Below, one piece after another: positions 25,113-34,360 of a stretch of 40,762 nt of DNA; positions within the stretch are counted from its first letter, which is position 1; each line of letters begins with the position of its first letter. The notes under the pieces were generated by a model. The model was not told the origin of the DNA and searched no databases. It worked only from the letters and a program-made list of their open reading frames with translations. This DNA is from a virus. Made by a program: the position numbers and the translations under genes. Location of the stretch: the IMG/VR virus record IMGVR_UViG_3300038312_000388. One strand, given 5' to 3'.

Positions 25113-26135
25113 ATGGCAGCAGTAGCAAGCAAAATGTTAAATGCAATGATGAATCAGCAGGCATTCAAAATAATCGACATCGGAGACATACCCGAAGGTG
25201 GCCTGCTTGGTGTTGAAAAACTAGCCGAATTCGTGAAAACCATCAGAGAAAACAGCCCAGTACTGGGAGAGGTTTCCTATGATGACATGAAAAGCTACAC
25301 CAAAGAAATACCACGTATCGACATGGCCAACGGCATATTAACACCAGGCCGTGACAATACAGGTGCAAAAAGAACACTCACATCATCCGACGAAGCCGGC
25401 GTGGATATACACACAAACAGCCTCACAGCAAAGGAATTAATCGCCCAAATAACCCTGGACTATGACACACTTGAAGATAACATTGAAAAACAGGGCTTCG
25501 AGGACACTGTTATAAACCTCATGGGTCTAGCTGCAAAGGAAGACCTTGAAAGATACTTCTTCTACGCAAACACCGCCATAACCTGGGGCGATACCAAAGT
25601 CAGCAAACTATTATCAATCAATGATGGCTGGCTTAAAACTGCAGGCGGACACATCTACGGTAAAGATGGAGCCAGCACCAGCAAAGACTTCGACCCCTCA
25701 GCAAGCAACTACCCAATAAACCTTTTTGATGCCCTAATTAAGAAAATGCCAAAAAAATACCTGGCAGATAGACAGAACTTCAGACTCTACGTACCCTTTG
25801 ATGTGGAGGACGCTTACAGGGACATCCTCGCAGATAGGGGAACAGTTCTTGGTGATAATGCTCTCATTGGAAATGACAATGTAACTTACAAGAAGATCCC
25901 CGTTGTGAATGTACCTTGCTTTGATGATGAAACATACACAGCCGTTAGTGGTATACCTGCAATGCTCACAAAACCAGTGAATCATCATTGGGGATTATGG
26001 AGGCAGATACGGGTTGAAAATGATAAGGATATTAAAGCCAGGAACGTTTTCAGCGTCATGACCCTACGTGGAGACTGCACCTATGAAGATGAGAACGCAG
26101 CCGTAACCGCCTGGATCAACAAAGCAGCCAGCTAA
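25113..26135 (+). CDS. Major capsid protein (HK97 fold expected)
   Basis: Directly after the protease/scaffold; 340 aa; LEDNIEKQGFEDT, INDGWLK motifs. Confidence 0.88.
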   Translation: MAAVASKMLNAMMNQQAFKIIDIGDIPEGGLLGVEKLAEFVKTIRENSPVLGEVSYDDMKSYTKEIPRIDMANGILTPGRDNTGAKRTLTSSDEAGVDIHTNSLTAKELIAQITLDYDTLEDNIEKQGFEDTVINLMGLAAKEDLERYFFYANTAITWGDTKVSKLLSINDGWLKTAGGHIYGKDGASTSKDFDPSASNYPINLFDALIKKMPKKYLADRQNFRLYVPFDVEDAYRDILADRGTVLGDNALIGNDNVTYKKIPVVNVPCFDDETYTAVSGIPAMLTKPVNHHWGLWRQIRVENDKDIKARNVFSVMTLRGDCTYEDENAAVTAWINKAAS

Positions 26136-26189
26136 TTAAATCTGGATTACTTATCCTTATTTTTTAAAAAAAAGGAGGCAATAACTAAA

Positions 26190-26636
26190 ATGTTGGAAAA
26201 TATGAGAGAAGCAGGAGCACTCTGGGGTCCTGCAAGAAGGTTATACCAGATCATAACCAGAAAAACCGGCAGAGAATACATCCCACTGCCTGCAGACAGT
26301 GCTGCAGCTGACACATTCGAAAAACCCATCCTGAAATGTGATGAAGAAAAAGGAATCACAATCAAAGCCATAGAATTAATCCCAATATCAGCGGTTGGAC
26401 AGGCAACAAATTATATGACCCTGGCCATTGTTGATAAAGGGGCAGATGGAACAGGAACAACATCCAAAGCCAGCCTGGACCTGAACAGCAGCCACACTGT
26501 AGGGGCCTATGCATCAATTGATGTTGTAACTACAGACTTCCAAGTTGCAAACGGTGAAGTCATAACTTTGAAGAAAACAGTGACAGGTAACGGGCAAGCC
26601 TGGCCCGGTGGCCTTGTCAAAATAACATACGAGTGA
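26190..26636 (+). CDS. Putative capsid decoration/structural protein
   Basis: Beta-rich Gly/Thr sequence directly after the capsid gene; RBS aaggagg. Confidence 0.6.
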   Translation: MLENMREAGALWGPARRLYQIITRKTGREYIPLPADSAAADTFEKPILKCDEEKGITIKAIELIPISAVGQATNYMTLAIVDKGADGTGTTSKASLDLNSSHTVGAYASIDVVTTDFQVANGEVITLKKTVTGNGQAWPGGLVKITYE

Positions 26637-26643
26637 CCAGGTT

Positions 26644-27030
26644 ATGACTTATGCTGATGAAGACGCTGTAAAAACCGAACTAAACAAGTTCGGAGCAGAC
26701 GGATCAGATGAGCTTACTGATGCCCTAATCACAAGAGCACTTGTCCGAGCCGACCAAATGGTCAAAAGAAAACTTGTCAACACAGAGATACCCACAACAG
26801 TGCCTGAGGAGGTTAAAGAGGCAGCAACACTCTACGCAGTATCAAGAGCATTAGACATCCTCTACCAGGACCAGGAAGCAAGAAGTCCCACAGCAGTTCA
26901 AAATGATAAAGATGCTGATGCAATCCTCCAAGGATACATTGATGAACACCCTGAGGAAACATCAGGACCCACAGTTTCCTTCATGGCCATTGTACCAGAA
27001 GACACTGATGACCCAGGACCACTATGGTGA
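26644..27030 (+). CDS. Head-tail connector/adaptor
   Basis: MTYA..D.VK; A...V...L; VPEEVKEAATLYA pattern; position. Confidence 0.7.
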   Translation: MTYADEDAVKTELNKFGADGSDELTDALITRALVRADQMVKRKLVNTEIPTTVPEEVKEAATLYAVSRALDILYQDQEARSPTAVQNDKDADAILQGYIDEHPEETSGPTVSFMAIVPEDTDDPGPLW

Positions 27031-27036
27031 CCCATC

Positions 27037-27486
27037 ATGGGCTACATCAGACTAAACATAAACGATAAAGTCTCCCCAGAACTCCAAGCCAAAATCGATG
27101 CATTACTCGGTGAGGCAAGCAATACCATGGATGATGTTGGGGATATTTACCTCGACGCAATGCAACAAGTAACACCAATCGGTGAAACCGGCGACCTATA
27201 TTATCAAACATGTGTTGAATCAGAAGGAGCACTCAAAAGAACAATATACAGTACCTCTCCACACTGGGATTTTGTTGCAGGTGGCCATGATGTACTCGGC
27301 CCAATATTTTCAGACTTACAACGTAGATGGTGGTTCTGGTACCTTTATAATGTTCTTGGTGGATGGTATGAACGTAAAACAATGGGGTATTATGAAGGTG
27401 TTGATTACCCGCTCGTTGCATTTGAGAATGGTGAGGGTGGAGTGAACAACCGTCTTGATGAATTCCTAGACTGGATCGTGAGTTGA
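27037..27486 (+). CDS. Neck/tail completion protein (HK97 gp10-like)
   Basis: TPIGETGDL motif; position. Confidence 0.6.
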   Translation: MGYIRLNINDKVSPELQAKIDALLGEASNTMDDVGDIYLDAMQQVTPIGETGDLYYQTCVESEGALKRTIYSTSPHWDFVAGGHDVLGPIFSDLQRRWWFWYLYNVLGGWYERKTMGYYEGVDYPLVAFENGEGGVNNRLDEFLDWIVS

Positions 27487-27989
27487 TACAAATGTTTGGA
27501 TATAAAAACTTGAAGGATGTTCTTAAATCAAAAGTTGCAGGTCTCACAGACCCTGAAGACACATCAAACCCTTCAAAACCAATTTTCAAGAGCGTTATAA
27601 GTGGGAAACCCTCAAAAGTCTCATTCTACTCTGGACCTGGGGCAGTTATACTCCTCGCAAATGCCTCAACAGTAAATTGGAAAGGAATGCACAAACAGAA
27701 ACGATTATCAGTTGTCCAAGGGGCCGTGTTAACATTCATACCCGGGGACACAGAAGATTCAATGGACAAATGTTTACATTACAGTGATATTGTCGGAGAT
27801 CTCTTTGAAGATAGATATGCTCTTGGCATTGAGGGAACACAGGTAGAACCCGTTCAAAGCATGGCCCAGGGCTGGAGAATTGTAGATCTCACAAAAGCCA
27901 CAGATATGAATACAAAACAGTTAAAAAAGACCACAACAGCTGCAACATTCTTTAACGTTTACAAGGGCAAGGAAAGAATGAAGAAATAA
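27483..27989 (+). CDS. Putative tail terminator
   Basis: Position before the tail tube gene; size 168 aa. Confidence 0.5.
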   Translation: MIQMFGYKNLKDVLKSKVAGLTDPEDTSNPSKPIFKSVISGKPSKVSFYSGPGAVILLANASTVNWKGMHKQKRLSVVQGAVLTFIPGDTEDSMDKCLHYSDIVGDLFEDRYALGIEGTQVEPVQSMAQGWRIVDLTKATDMNTKQLKKTTTAATFFNVYKGKERMKK

Positions 27990-28020
27990 AAAAACTCTAT
28001 CTCTTTTTTTAACAGTTCAT

Positions 28021-28296
28021 TTGAGTGTTAGCGAACGCTCTAAAAAGATTAGTGGGAGGTGTTTTAACATCACAGAAATGACTTTAAAAGATTTAAAAAG
28101 CACAATAGGACGGTATTGTGAGAATAAGGATTTTGAAACTGCAAAGAATTATGTTTGCAGTCATGGTCCAGCCCTGGGCTTGAACCTGGAGGAAGAATTA
28201 AAGAAGATTAAGAATTTCACTAAAAAACCTGTAAAACGGTCAGTAAAACAGGCTTCAGAAGTAAAACAGGACAAAAAAAGAGGAAGAGAGGAGTGA
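28021..28296 (+). CDS. Hypothetical basic protein
   Basis: ORF in the tail module; weak RBS. Confidence 0.45.
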   Translation: MSVSERSKKISGRCFNITEMTLKDLKSTIGRYCENKDFETAKNYVCSHGPALGLNLEEELKKIKNFTKKPVKRSVKQASEVKQDKKRGREE

Positions 28297-28302
28297 TAAA
28301 TA

Positions 28303-29076
28303 ATGCACACAGATATTGATTTAGAAAGTATTTTAATGAATGATTCAGTCGGATACGTCATAGGGGTGCCACACACAAAAGAAATAATGACAGGAGTTGT
28401 GGATGGTACAAATAAAGATTTCCTAACAGCAGCATATCCAATATACCCCCGAAGTGGCCTTAGTATTGTGCCAACCATTAGCGATATTGATGTTTTCGGA
28501 AGGAAAACCACAGTAGACACACCCTTAGTAGCATCAGCACTAAAAACAGTTACAGACCCAGGAACAGGTGATTCTGTAGAGGGAGGGGCAACCTTAGCAA
28601 CAGCACCAGCCGCCGAAAGTGCTGACAGTATTGTATCCAATTACTATGAAGAATTAGAACCATTTGTAGCCCAAAGCATAGCACCAACCGTGAAACAGGA
28701 CAGTAAGACAATCAAAAGGCTTAGAAGTACTAATGTAATGTATGCGTACGGTTCTATTGAAGTTTCACTTAAATCAGAAGAAATACTCAGTAAAAACGGT
28801 TTAAAACAATTACCTAAACTCTGTTATGAAGAATACACCCCAACCTCAGGAACGGTTGCAACAGGGTATAAAGCATATAAAATGGTAAGTAACCCAATAA
28901 ACCTCAAAAGTTACATAACATTCGAATACGACGACGACACACTTGGTAGAATCTACATGGACAAATGTCAGATGACACCCGACATCCCTGACGGTAAACA
29001 GGGTGATACAAGTAAGTTCAACATCAACATGAGTGTCCAGGGCGACATAATGATGCTTCTACCATCAGAAGTTTAA
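28303..29076 (+). CDS. Putative major tail (tube) protein with an extra N-terminal beta-domain
   Basis: Directly upstream of the tail chaperone; GVVDGTNKDF and DP.TG...TL..AP motifs; beta-rich C-terminal half. Confidence 0.65.
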   Translation: MHTDIDLESILMNDSVGYVIGVPHTKEIMTGVVDGTNKDFLTAAYPIYPRSGLSIVPTISDIDVFGRKTTVDTPLVASALKTVTDPGTGDSVEGGATLATAPAAESADSIVSNYYEELEPFVAQSIAPTVKQDSKTIKRLRSTNVMYAYGSIEVSLKSEEILSKNGLKQLPKLCYEEYTPTSGTVATGYKAYKMVSNPINLKSYITFEYDDDTLGRIYMDKCQMTPDIPDGKQGDTSKFNINMSVQGDIMMLLPSEV

Positions 29077-29134
29077 ACCCATAAATTCCCTTTTTTTATA
29101 TTTTTAAAACTTTTCAGAAGGAGGCCAAAATAAT

Positions 29135-29659
29135 ATGGCACTAAAATCACGAATACCAATTCCAAAACTTTACAAAACCAAAAAACTTGAGATAAACGGT
29201 CAAGAAATCGAAATAAGAGGATATAGATTCATAGATGAAGAATTTGTCGTACCACTCAGACAGGCAGCTTATGATCTTTCTACAATCTCAAAGAAAATGG
29301 AAGATGCAACTGGAAAAACAATACACGAAATTGTAGACTCAGAAGATGAAAGCGACAACAAATACACTCTCAAACAGGTTGAACAAGTGGGAGAAGTTGG
29401 AAAAGAAATAGAAGCACTTAGAGGCCAAACCGAGGAATTACAATACAAATTAGCACAACGAGGACTTAAACGGTTCTATTATGACGGTACAACCGAGGAA
29501 CTGGACGATCTACCAGACATTGACATTGACATTGAAGACGCTGCACTCATCGCAAACACCATGATAAGTTTAACAAGCTCACGACAGGTTAAAGGAAAAA
29601 AGGGAAAAAAGCAAAAAGGCCCAGCATCCAAGGAGAACTCCAAACCCTCCGAGAAGTAG
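29135..29659 (+). CDS. Tail assembly chaperone (G-like, in-frame product)
   Basis: RBS aggagg; between the tail tube and tape measure genes; slippery site near the 3' end. Confidence 0.8.
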   Translation: MALKSRIPIPKLYKTKKLEINGQEIEIRGYRFIDEEFVVPLRQAAYDLSTISKKMEDATGKTIHEIVDSEDESDNKYTLKQVEQVGEVGKEIEALRGQTEELQYKLAQRGLKRFYYDGTTEELDDLPDIDIDIEDAALIANTMISLTSSRQVKGKKGKKQKGPASKENSKPSEK

Positions 29660-29871
29660 AAGCCTGGATCAGCCTCAAAACAGGCTGGACACCAGACTAC
29701 ATTGAAGAATTAGAAATGGAATATATTAACAATATGATTTACATCAACAACCCACAAAAACCAGAGAAAAGCACTGAAGAACAAGAACAACAACTTAACA
29801 ACTTCATAGAAAAAGATCGAAGAATGAAAAAGAAAATACGAAAACAACAAAACAAGAAGGAAATGGGATAA
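29135..29871 (+). CDS. Tail assembly chaperone, extended form (GT-like) via -1 ribosomal frameshift
   Basis: G GGA AAA (29602-29608) and A AAA AAG (29605-29611) are in the correct phase; the -1 frame is open to TAA 29869-29871 and encodes AWISLKTGWTPDYIEELEMEY. Confidence 0.8.
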
Positions 29872-30612
29872 TTAACTAATAACCTGTAAGGTGTTAATTA
29901 TCATGTCAAAACCAGGTTTATCTGCATCAAAATCTGTGGATGTCATGTGAACCTGATATAAATTATCCCCTTTAGCAAAGTATACAGCTACATATCTTCC
30001 ACCTAAGTTATTAGATAGATCATCTGTACTTTTCTCAACATATTCCATTCCACTTACACCTGCAACATTTATGTTTGTTTCAGTGTAATTACCTATTTTA
30101 GTTGCTTGTATGTCCTGAACAACTGAATCAAATGTTGCAGGAATGGCAGGAGGTCCTGCAGCATATTCCTTAATAGATACGGGTTCTTCTACAAACACAT
30201 TACAATTTATGTTAGAAGAATGGGGGACATTACCTGTTCCAAATGCTAATTTATTGGTTGAACTTTCTGTCCAACTACTTGGATATTCAAACGTAAACGT
30301 TCCGTCTGAATAAGTTGTGTTAGTTATACCATGACTGGGAAAAATAAACCCACTTATTACAATTATTACAATTACACCAATACAACAGAGAAATGCAAGT
30401 CCTAACCATGGATTGCCTTTACTATCCACACTTTCAGATTTAACCTGTTTATCAGTGTCTTCCACCCCCTTAATTGATGCTTTGCCCTCATTTAAATTCT
30501 CAACATATTCTAGTTTTCCACCACACTGGCATTTATTGCTGAAGTCTGAGGGGTTTTCTCCTGGTTGGAGTTCATAATAACCTCCACATTTATTGCATTT
30601 TAGGTAACCCAT
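29872..30612 (-). CDS. Membrane protein: N-terminal Zn ribbon, TM helix, extracellular PsbP-like domain (moron)
   Basis: CNKCGGYY...KCQCGGKL; LAFLCCIGVIVIIVISGFIF; TYSDGTFTFEYPSSW; opposite strand inside the tail operon. Confidence 0.82.
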   Translation of the reverse strand: MGYLKCNKCGGYYELQPGENPSDFSNKCQCGGKLEYVENLNEGKASIKGVEDTDKQVKSESVDSKGNPWLGLAFLCCIGVIVIIVISGFIFPSHGITNTTYSDGTFTFEYPSSWTESSTNKLAFGTGNVPHSSNINCNVFVEEPVSIKEYAAGPPAIPATFDSVVQDIQATKIGNYTETNINVAGVSGMEYVEKSTDDLSNNLGGRYVAVYFAKGDNLYQVHMTSTDFDADKPGFDMIINTLQVIS

Positions 30613-30707
30613 CTTTTCCCATCCCCACCTTTTATTTAATTTTCTTAATTTCTTCTTAATTTTTCTAGTTATTTGTAATTTTCTATTTACACCAAAATTT
30701 TCAGGAC

Positions 30708-33700
30708 TTGATAAGCATGACAGATAAAACGCTCGGTATCACAGCTGAAATGGACATAGATGATGTTCTTTCAGGGTTAAGTGAACTTACACAAGAACTT
30801 GGTGATATACCAACTTCTATCAATACTGACATAAACCTTGCAGATTCAGGTACATCGATTGAAGAGGTTTCAGATCTGAAAACAGACCTCACAGATGTAG
30901 ATGGTATGGTTGCAACACCAACTATTGACGTGGAAGGTGATACGAGTGAGATCACAACTGCTGAAGAGGAGATGACTGAACTTGATGGTGAGGTAGCAAC
31001 ACCCACAATAGATGTTGATGCAGGGTCTATTGAAGAAGCCGCGTCGGCAGCATCAGCTCTTGGGGATTACTTGAGTGAAGATGCAACGGATGCAGGGAAT
31101 GTTTCAACTAACTTAGACGCAACTTCCGAGTCTGCAGATGCTGCGGCCGGTTCAGCTTCAACAATGGATTCCGCACTTGCAGGAATTACATCGCTCGGTA
31201 TTGCTGCAACACTTGATGCAGCAGTAACATCCGCAGGTAATTTCAATGACAGCTGGAACCGCTTAGCTATCTCAATGGGGGAAAGCAATCAATCAATCAG
31301 TGACACAAAATCAGAGTGGAGTTCAACAATAAGTGAAATTCAAGGAACAACCGACCGTACAGCCGGGAACATACGAACTGCCCTTATAAACCTTGGTACT
31401 GCTGGTGTTCATTCAAAGGACACACTGGTTACATCGGTTGACGCAATATCAGGGCATGCTTACGCAATAGGATCAAGTGTAAGTGCTGTATCCTCAACCT
31501 TTGAAAGTGCGGTACAAAGATCAACCTTTTCTGCAAGAAACTTAATATCATTGGGTTTAAACTCACAAGATGTCCTCAATGGAACAGGAATGACTATTGA
31601 CCAGTTAAGTACTGCTTGGAAAACAGCAGACAGCAACCAAAAGGCATTGTGGCTTTCTGAAATTATGAATGCTCACGATGGGACAAGTGCGAATGAAGAT
31701 TACAAAAACAGTTGGAACGCTGTAGCTGATCAACTAGATGCTGCATGGGAATATGTTTCAAGGATAGGTGGAGCATTACTTTTACCTGGTGCAAAATCAG
31801 CTGCAACAAGTCTTGCAAACGCATTAAAAGATGTAGCTGGTTGGGTTGATAAATTAAGTCCTGGAGTGAAATCATTTTTAGGTAACATTCTAGGGCTTGT
31901 CGCTGGTGTTGCTGTCATATCAGGCTTAGTACAAGCTTTTAAAAAAGTGAAAGATGCCCTAAACATAGTGGGCAACATAAAAGCAGTTGGGTCTGCGATA
32001 AATGGTCTTCCCACACTTCCAAGTCGAATTAGTACAAGTTGGAAAAATTTTAAAGAAGTAATGAGGGGTACTGAGAAAGAACCCACCTTAATAGGTAAAG
32101 CAATAAATGCAATTCCAAACATCCCTGACAAAGTTAAAGACAGTTTCTCAAAAATTAAGGATGTTGCAACAAGTGCAGGAGGATCTGTTAAGGATAAGTT
32201 AGGGAGTGTTATTGAGAAACTTAGTGGTGTTCCAAGTAAGGTTTCGGACTCATTTTCAAAGTTAAAGACCTTAGCCTATGATGTTGGTGGAACAGTTACA
32301 AGTAAACTGGGATCTGCGATTGAAAAGCTTAAAGGAGTTCCAAGTAGTGTTGTTGATTCATTCGGCAAGCTAAAAGATGCAATTATTGGGACAAGAGTTG
32401 CACAGGATGAAGAAACAGCTGCAGAGAATAGGGGGATTATTGCAAAGACTAAAGCAGCTCTTGCAAGTGCAGCGAAAGCCGCCAAGGAAGCCATAAGTAC
32501 AGCTGCAACAAAACTTGCAACAGCAGCACAAGCCGCCTATGATGCTGTGATGGATGCAAACCCCATCACGCTTGTTGTATTGGCAATAGCAGCTCTTGTA
32601 CTTGGTTTAGCTTACCTTTATACGCATGTTAAGAGTGTGCATGATGCGATAAACAATTTTGGTAAAGCTTTACAGGACTTCTGGAACTGGCTCACCCACT
32701 TGAACGGAAATGATATTTGGAAGTGGATATGGAGTGGAGTGCAGGATGCAATTAAACACGTTACAGATCCTTGGGACAATTTCGTAAGTTTCATCAAAGG
32801 ATTACCTTCTAACATGCAGAAATATGGGCAGGACATTATCAAAGCTCTTATAACTGGTGTGACCGCTGCAATTCCAGGTTTAACGCCTGCATTACAGGTA
32901 ATCAGTGCATTATTCCCTCATAGTCCTCCAAAATCCGGGCCACTATCAACAATCACAGCGTCGGGAATGACCTCATGGATTTCAGGAATATTTACGGGAG
33001 CTGTTAATGGGATAAAAAATGCAAGTAATACAATTATTTCAGCATTTAGAAGCATGGTTTCTGGCCTTCTTGGCGTTGATGCACAGATACGGGCTGCAGT
33101 AAAAAACATGGGTTTGACAATAATTAACACATTAAAAGCAATCCCTGGACAAGTTTCAGCGATTGGACAAAAGATCTGGACTGGACTAACAAGTGGAGTG
33201 TCATATGCGATTGCAGATGTGAAAAATGCTTGGAATCAAATAAAAGCAGCATTCACAGGTTTTATAAACTACCTCAAAAATCTACCAGCAACAATAGCAG
33301 CAACCGCAACCAAGATCTGGACTAGCATAACAACAGGCGTTGAAAATGGAATCAACACACTCAAAAGTAAGATAAACGGCCTCATCGCATGGATCCGAAC
33401 ATTACCTGGCATCCTCCAGAAAGATGCACAGAACGCTATAGATGGTATAAAAACGGGGATAACAAATGGTATCCGAAACATTGTATCTGCCCTTAAAACC
33501 CTTGAAACAGACTTTATGAATGGTGTAAAATGGATTGAAAGCATACCACAGAAAATGTACAACTGGGGAAAACAAATCATTGATGGACTTGTCAACGGTA
33601 TAAAAAGTGGAATGTCCGATTTAACAGGAGCCTTAGGAGAATTAAACAGCCTATTCCCACACAGCCCACCCAAAACAGGTCCTCTCAGTGAAATCACAGC

Positions 33701-34355
33701 AGGTAACATGCAGTCCTGGGCTTCAAATATCTCCCAGGCAGGAGTTTCAGGATTCAGTGAAATGACCTCCGGCGTTGCCTCAACCCTAAGTCAAATGTCA
33801 ATTAACACATCATCCACGTTAAGCCAGATACAAAGCACTGTAAGCAATTTCAGCGGGCAGATACAATCCTCTGCCACACAAATGTTCAGCATCGGACAAT
33901 CCATAATAAACAATCTAACTTCAGGCCTTGAAAACGGCATACCAGACTTATCCAATGTCTTCAGTCAAATCTCGAATATGTTCCCACACAGCCCACCCAA
34001 GGAAGGACCACTCTCCACGATCAAGGCGGAAAATATGCAGTCTTGGGGTCAAGGTTTAGCTTTGGCTGGTGCAAAGGGCCTTTCTGGTTTTTCGGGTTAT
34101 ATGAATAATTTAGTGAAGATCCCTAGTTTGCCTTCTATTTCTTCAGGAACAGGCTTAGTTGCTAATTCAGAGGCAGGACAGTTGGGTAATGTTATTTATC
34201 TTGAGGTGGCTGAGGGTGCCGTTCAGATCCATGGTAATGCTGATAAGAATGTTGTGAATCAAGGTGGAAACCTTCTAGGTAATAGTATATCCTCAAGCCT
34301 GCAGAAAGGCGCTGTAACAAATGGATTAAAACCAACTGTGATTTTAAGGAGGTGA
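30708..34355 (+). CDS. Tail tape measure protein
   Basis: 1215 aa, Ala/Ser/Gly-rich amphipathic helical repeats, central hydrophobic segments; position. Confidence 0.92.
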   Translation: MISMTDKTLGITAEMDIDDVLSGLSELTQELGDIPTSINTDINLADSGTSIEEVSDLKTDLTDVDGMVATPTIDVEGDTSEITTAEEEMTELDGEVATPTIDVDAGSIEEAASAASALGDYLSEDATDAGNVSTNLDATSESADAAAGSASTMDSALAGITSLGIAATLDAAVTSAGNFNDSWNRLAISMGESNQSISDTKSEWSSTISEIQGTTDRTAGNIRTALINLGTAGVHSKDTLVTSVDAISGHAYAIGSSVSAVSSTFESAVQRSTFSARNLISLGLNSQDVLNGTGMTIDQLSTAWKTADSNQKALWLSEIMNAHDGTSANEDYKNSWNAVADQLDAAWEYVSRIGGALLLPGAKSAATSLANALKDVAGWVDKLSPGVKSFLGNILGLVAGVAVISGLVQAFKKVKDALNIVGNIKAVGSAINGLPTLPSRISTSWKNFKEVMRGTEKEPTLIGKAINAIPNIPDKVKDSFSKIKDVATSAGGSVKDKLGSVIEKLSGVPSKVSDSFSKLKTLAYDVGGTVTSKLGSAIEKLKGVPSSVVDSFGKLKDAIIGTRVAQDEETAAENRGIIAKTKAALASAAKAAKEAISTAATKLATAAQAAYDAVMDANPITLVVLAIAALVLGLAYLYTHVKSVHDAINNFGKALQDFWNWLTHLNGNDIWKWIWSGVQDAIKHVTDPWDNFVSFIKGLPSNMQKYGQDIIKALITGVTAAIPGLTPALQVISALFPHSPPKSGPLSTITASGMTSWISGIFTGAVNGIKNASNTIISAFRSMVSGLLGVDAQIRAAVKNMGLTIINTLKAIPGQVSAIGQKIWTGLTSGVSYAIADVKNAWNQIKAAFTGFINYLKNLPATIAATATKIWTSITTGVENGINTLKSKINGLIAWIRTLPGILQKDAQNAIDGIKTGITNGIRNIVSALKTLETDFMNGVKWIESIPQKMYNWGKQIIDGLVNGIKSGMSDLTGALGELNSLFPHSPPKTGPLSEITAGNMQSWASNISQAGVSGFSEMTSGVASTLSQMSINTSSTLSQIQSTVSNFSGQIQSSATQMFSIGQSIINNLTSGLENGIPDLSNVFSQISNMFPHSPPKEGPLSTIKAENMQSWGQGLALAGAKGLSGFSGYMNNLVKIPSLPSISSGTGLVANSEAGQLGNVIYLEVAEGAVQIHGNADKNVVNQGGNLLGNSISSSLQKGAVTNGLKPTVILRR

Positions 34356-34360
34356 AGGTT

